Assembly (NCBI GenBank): GCA_965649825.1
Contig: OZ287705.1
Location: 507,978-571,977 of the forward strand
DNA length: 64,000 nt
Reading direction: 5' to 3'
From: Penicillus capitatus
Taxonomy: Eukaryota; Plantae; Chlorophyta
Below, piece by piece: positions 61,611 through 64,000 of the stretch. The position numbers and the translations under genes are program-made. The notes beneath the pieces were generated by a model. It was given only the letters and a program-made list of their open reading frames with translations. It was not told the origin of the DNA and did not search any database. Position 1 is the first letter of the stretch. The number at the start of each line of letters is the position of its first letter.

Positions 61611-62297
61611 ATGCTTCGACGTACATGTGCCGTACGAACCATGCGGCCCGCGGCCACTCAAGGCAGTCGACGCACGACGCTCCTCCCGCTCCGTCCGAAC
61701 AGACGCCGCGCGATCGCCCACTCCACGACGAGCGTCCACGCACGGATCCAGTGGCGACCTCGGCAACGTGAGCAGCTACGGTGCCGCGCGTCTTCTCTCG
61801 ACTCCGACCCGACGAAGGTCGCCGCGTGACTCCGCCGCCGTCTATCGCGACACGTCCTGCCGTTTCAGGTCGCCGAGTGGCTCAACGTCGCCTTTCCGCA
61901 CAATACAGGATTCCGAGACGAATCGGATCGCGCGCTGAGCGAGGCGCTGAACGAGATCTGCAACATGACGCTCTCGGCAATGCTGCGAGAAGACGAAAGC
62001 GAGATCCTGTCCGTTCAGACGGAGCTCTACGCCCTCGGCGCGTTCTTCTCGAATCAAGGTCCGGCAGAGCAGATCAGCGATCGACGTTATCGACCGAGGT
62101 GTGGGGCAGGAAACCGAAAGGCGGCGGTGATGATGTACGTCCTCCATCAGCTCTGTGCACACGAGGTGCCCGAAATCGCCGACGGACTGGACGGTCTTTA
62201 TCGAGAGGCCTTTGTCAAGATCGGCGCGATGATCGAAGACAGCGGCTGGGAACTGACCCGCGAGGGTCAGGAAGAGACGGATGCTGCCGAGACGTAA
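61611..62297 (+). CDS. Putative plastid-targeted protein of unknown function
   Basis: Arg/Ser/Thr-rich transit-like N-terminus ending QLRCRASSLDSDPTK. A 51-nt intron (61818-61868) joins in frame to VAEWLNVAFPH..LSEALNEICNMTLSAMLRE..YREAFVKIG..DAAET*. Alternative ATG at 61599. Confidence 0.65.
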
Positions 62298-62400
62298 ACA
62301 TCGTACGCGTAATCAACGCATCGTCGTTAATTTGCCCATCGCCTTCCATCGCGTCGTCGGCGTCGAAGTCGATCGTATCGCGCGGTCCGTTTCCTGTTCG

Positions 62401-62825
62401 ATGAATGTCCCATTGGATGCCACGGCGGCGCTGCCCGAGGAGCAGAAACAGGCGCTGCTACAGTCGATCGAAAAAACGCAACTGCGCGACAGGTCACACC
62501 CTCACGCCGCTCTCTCTCGTCCAACGCCGCACCGATCTCTGCAGCATGCGACTGTACAACAGCCTCGTCGAGCGCTGCTTCAATCGCTGCATCGAGTCGT
62601 TCCGCAGCAAGACGATGGACAACGCCGAAGAGAAGGTCACACACGCCCTTCCCCAGCGCAGCGTGCAAAAGAGTGAGATGATGTGACGTTTAGTGCGTGC
62701 GCAACTGCTGCGGGAAGTTCTTGGCGCACTCCAGTCGTATCGGCATGCGCTTTGCTGAGCTCAGCGCCGAAATGGAGAAGCAACAGATGGAGCAATTAAT
62801 GAAAATGCAACAAGACAAGGCATAG
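62401..62825 (+). CDS. TIM9: Mitochondrial intermembrane-space chaperone Tim9
   Basis: QLRD|SMRLYNSLVERCFNRCIESFRSKTMDNAEEK|CVRNCCGKFLAHSSRIGMRFAE: twin CX3C motif with the Tim9-type context. Two introns; TAG at 62825. Confidence 0.93.
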
Positions 62826-62847
62826 AGCCAATCTTTAAGCGGATACG

Positions 62848-64000
62848 ATGGCGAACGCCAATGGACATTTGCGTTCGTTTCGATTTGATGGCGTCTCGGG
62901 CAGTGCTCTCTTTGAAGACGCGGCGCGTCTCGTTTCGCGTAAGCCCCTCGCGAAGCGGTCGGCAACGAGGGTCGAGCTCTAGGCGAGCCATGCAACGTCG
63001 ATGTCTTTATCGAAGTGACGCATGGGGCCGGAACGGCGACGGTCGTGCAGAAAGGCACCGACACGATGCTCTTTCGTGCACCGCTTTCACCCTCCTCGGT
63101 TATGACCTCCGTTTCCCTCAAAGGACGATGGAGACATCTGTGAGCACAGGTCTTCCGGCTCATGCCTCGGAAGTTTCTGCTGAAAGGGGGAGAAGGGGAC
63201 AGGGCGTTCTGCCTCAGTTATCCCTCCGAGATCGAGGCCAATCGATTCCACGCCACGTTGCAGAACGCCTTGACACCATCGGAAGTTGGGTGCCCTCCCC
63301 TGTCGGATGGAGGTCCATAACGGCCTGCGGCGTGGTATCAGGAAAACGGGGAGAGTTGGTTCGATCGCAAGACAGAGAAATCGAGCTCCGAACTCTACTT
63401 TCATTACTATGGCACTCTACAGCACCAGCAGAACATGTTGCAGGACTGCGTACGGACTGGCACCTATTACATGGCGTTTGTTCGCAATACCGTTGACTTT
63501 CATGGAAAAGTGGTGATGGATGTGGGCGCCGGCAGCGGGATGCTCTCACTCTTTGCCGCCCAGGTGGATGCTTTCCTGCTGTCTGTCATCTCACTCTTTT
63601 GCAGGCAGGTGCGCGGAAGGTCTATGCGGTCGAGGCCTCTCCAATGGCACAGTATGCACAACTGCTCTCCGAGAGGAATCCGATTCCTGGGTGCACCGTC
63701 GAAGTGGTGGAGAAAAAGGTGGAGGAGCTGCAGATGGATGAGAAAGTCGATGTGCTGATCTCCGAGCCCATCGGGACGCTCCTTGTCAACGAACGCATGC
63801 TGGAGACATACATCTACGCCAGAGATCACTTCCTGAAGCCAGGCGGAAAGATGTTTCCAGTACGCGCCGCCGCCGCCATTTCGCATCGCCTAACCGTAGC
63901 TGTTTGTTAAGACCATCGGTCGCATCCACTTGGCGCTCTTCTCCGACGACGCGCTGTATCAGGAGCTGCTGTCCAAGGCGACGTTCTGGCTGCAGCAGGG
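62848..64000 (+). CDS. PRMT4: Protein arginine methyltransferase 4 / CARM1 (runs off the window)
   Basis: Spliced frame from ATG 62848 through a PH-like N-terminus (VFRLMP..FCLSYPSEIEANRFH) to SSSELYFHYYGTLQHQQNMLQDCVRTGTY..KVVMDVGAGSGMLSLFAAQ|AGARKVYAVEAS..VDVLISEPIGTLLVNERMLETY..LKPGGKMFP. Confidence 0.95.

Overview
Eukaryotic nuclear DNA in the standard genetic code, with very short (about 41-60 nt) spliceosomal introns. It is probably from a chlorophyte green alga (inference: intron style, a plastid-transit-like gene, a TGTAA poly(A)-like signal, a POMP-repeat membrane protein). The ORF track is fragmented by introns, so the gene models were rebuilt by hand. The left ~51 kb is a fast-evolving accessory region. 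It holds seven paralogous signal-peptide + ankyrin-repeat genes in which every internal repeat is its own phase-0 exon (2-17 per gene). Some end soluble, two have a TM helix, one gained a hydrophobic tail by stop-loss, one is broken by a solo-LTR-like insertion and one is a decayed pseudogene. Interleaved with them are two ~7-kb paralogous genes encoding ~6 MATH/TRAF domains plus ~5 Mdm2-type RING fingers, divergently oriented partner genes, and a 25-unit minisatellite. The right ~13 kb is compact and mostly housekeeping: a POMP-repeat multi-TM protein, RPL7, a Methyltransf_22-like protein, a secreted Ala-rich/His-Cys-rich protein, proteasome alpha4, a plastid-targeted unknown, TIM9 and PRMT4. 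The best candidate for an undescribed system is an exon-modular, DARPin-like repertoire of extracellular ankyrin proteins co-clustered with TRAF-like multi-MATH/multi-RING ligases. Its function is a hypothesis, not shown by the sequence.
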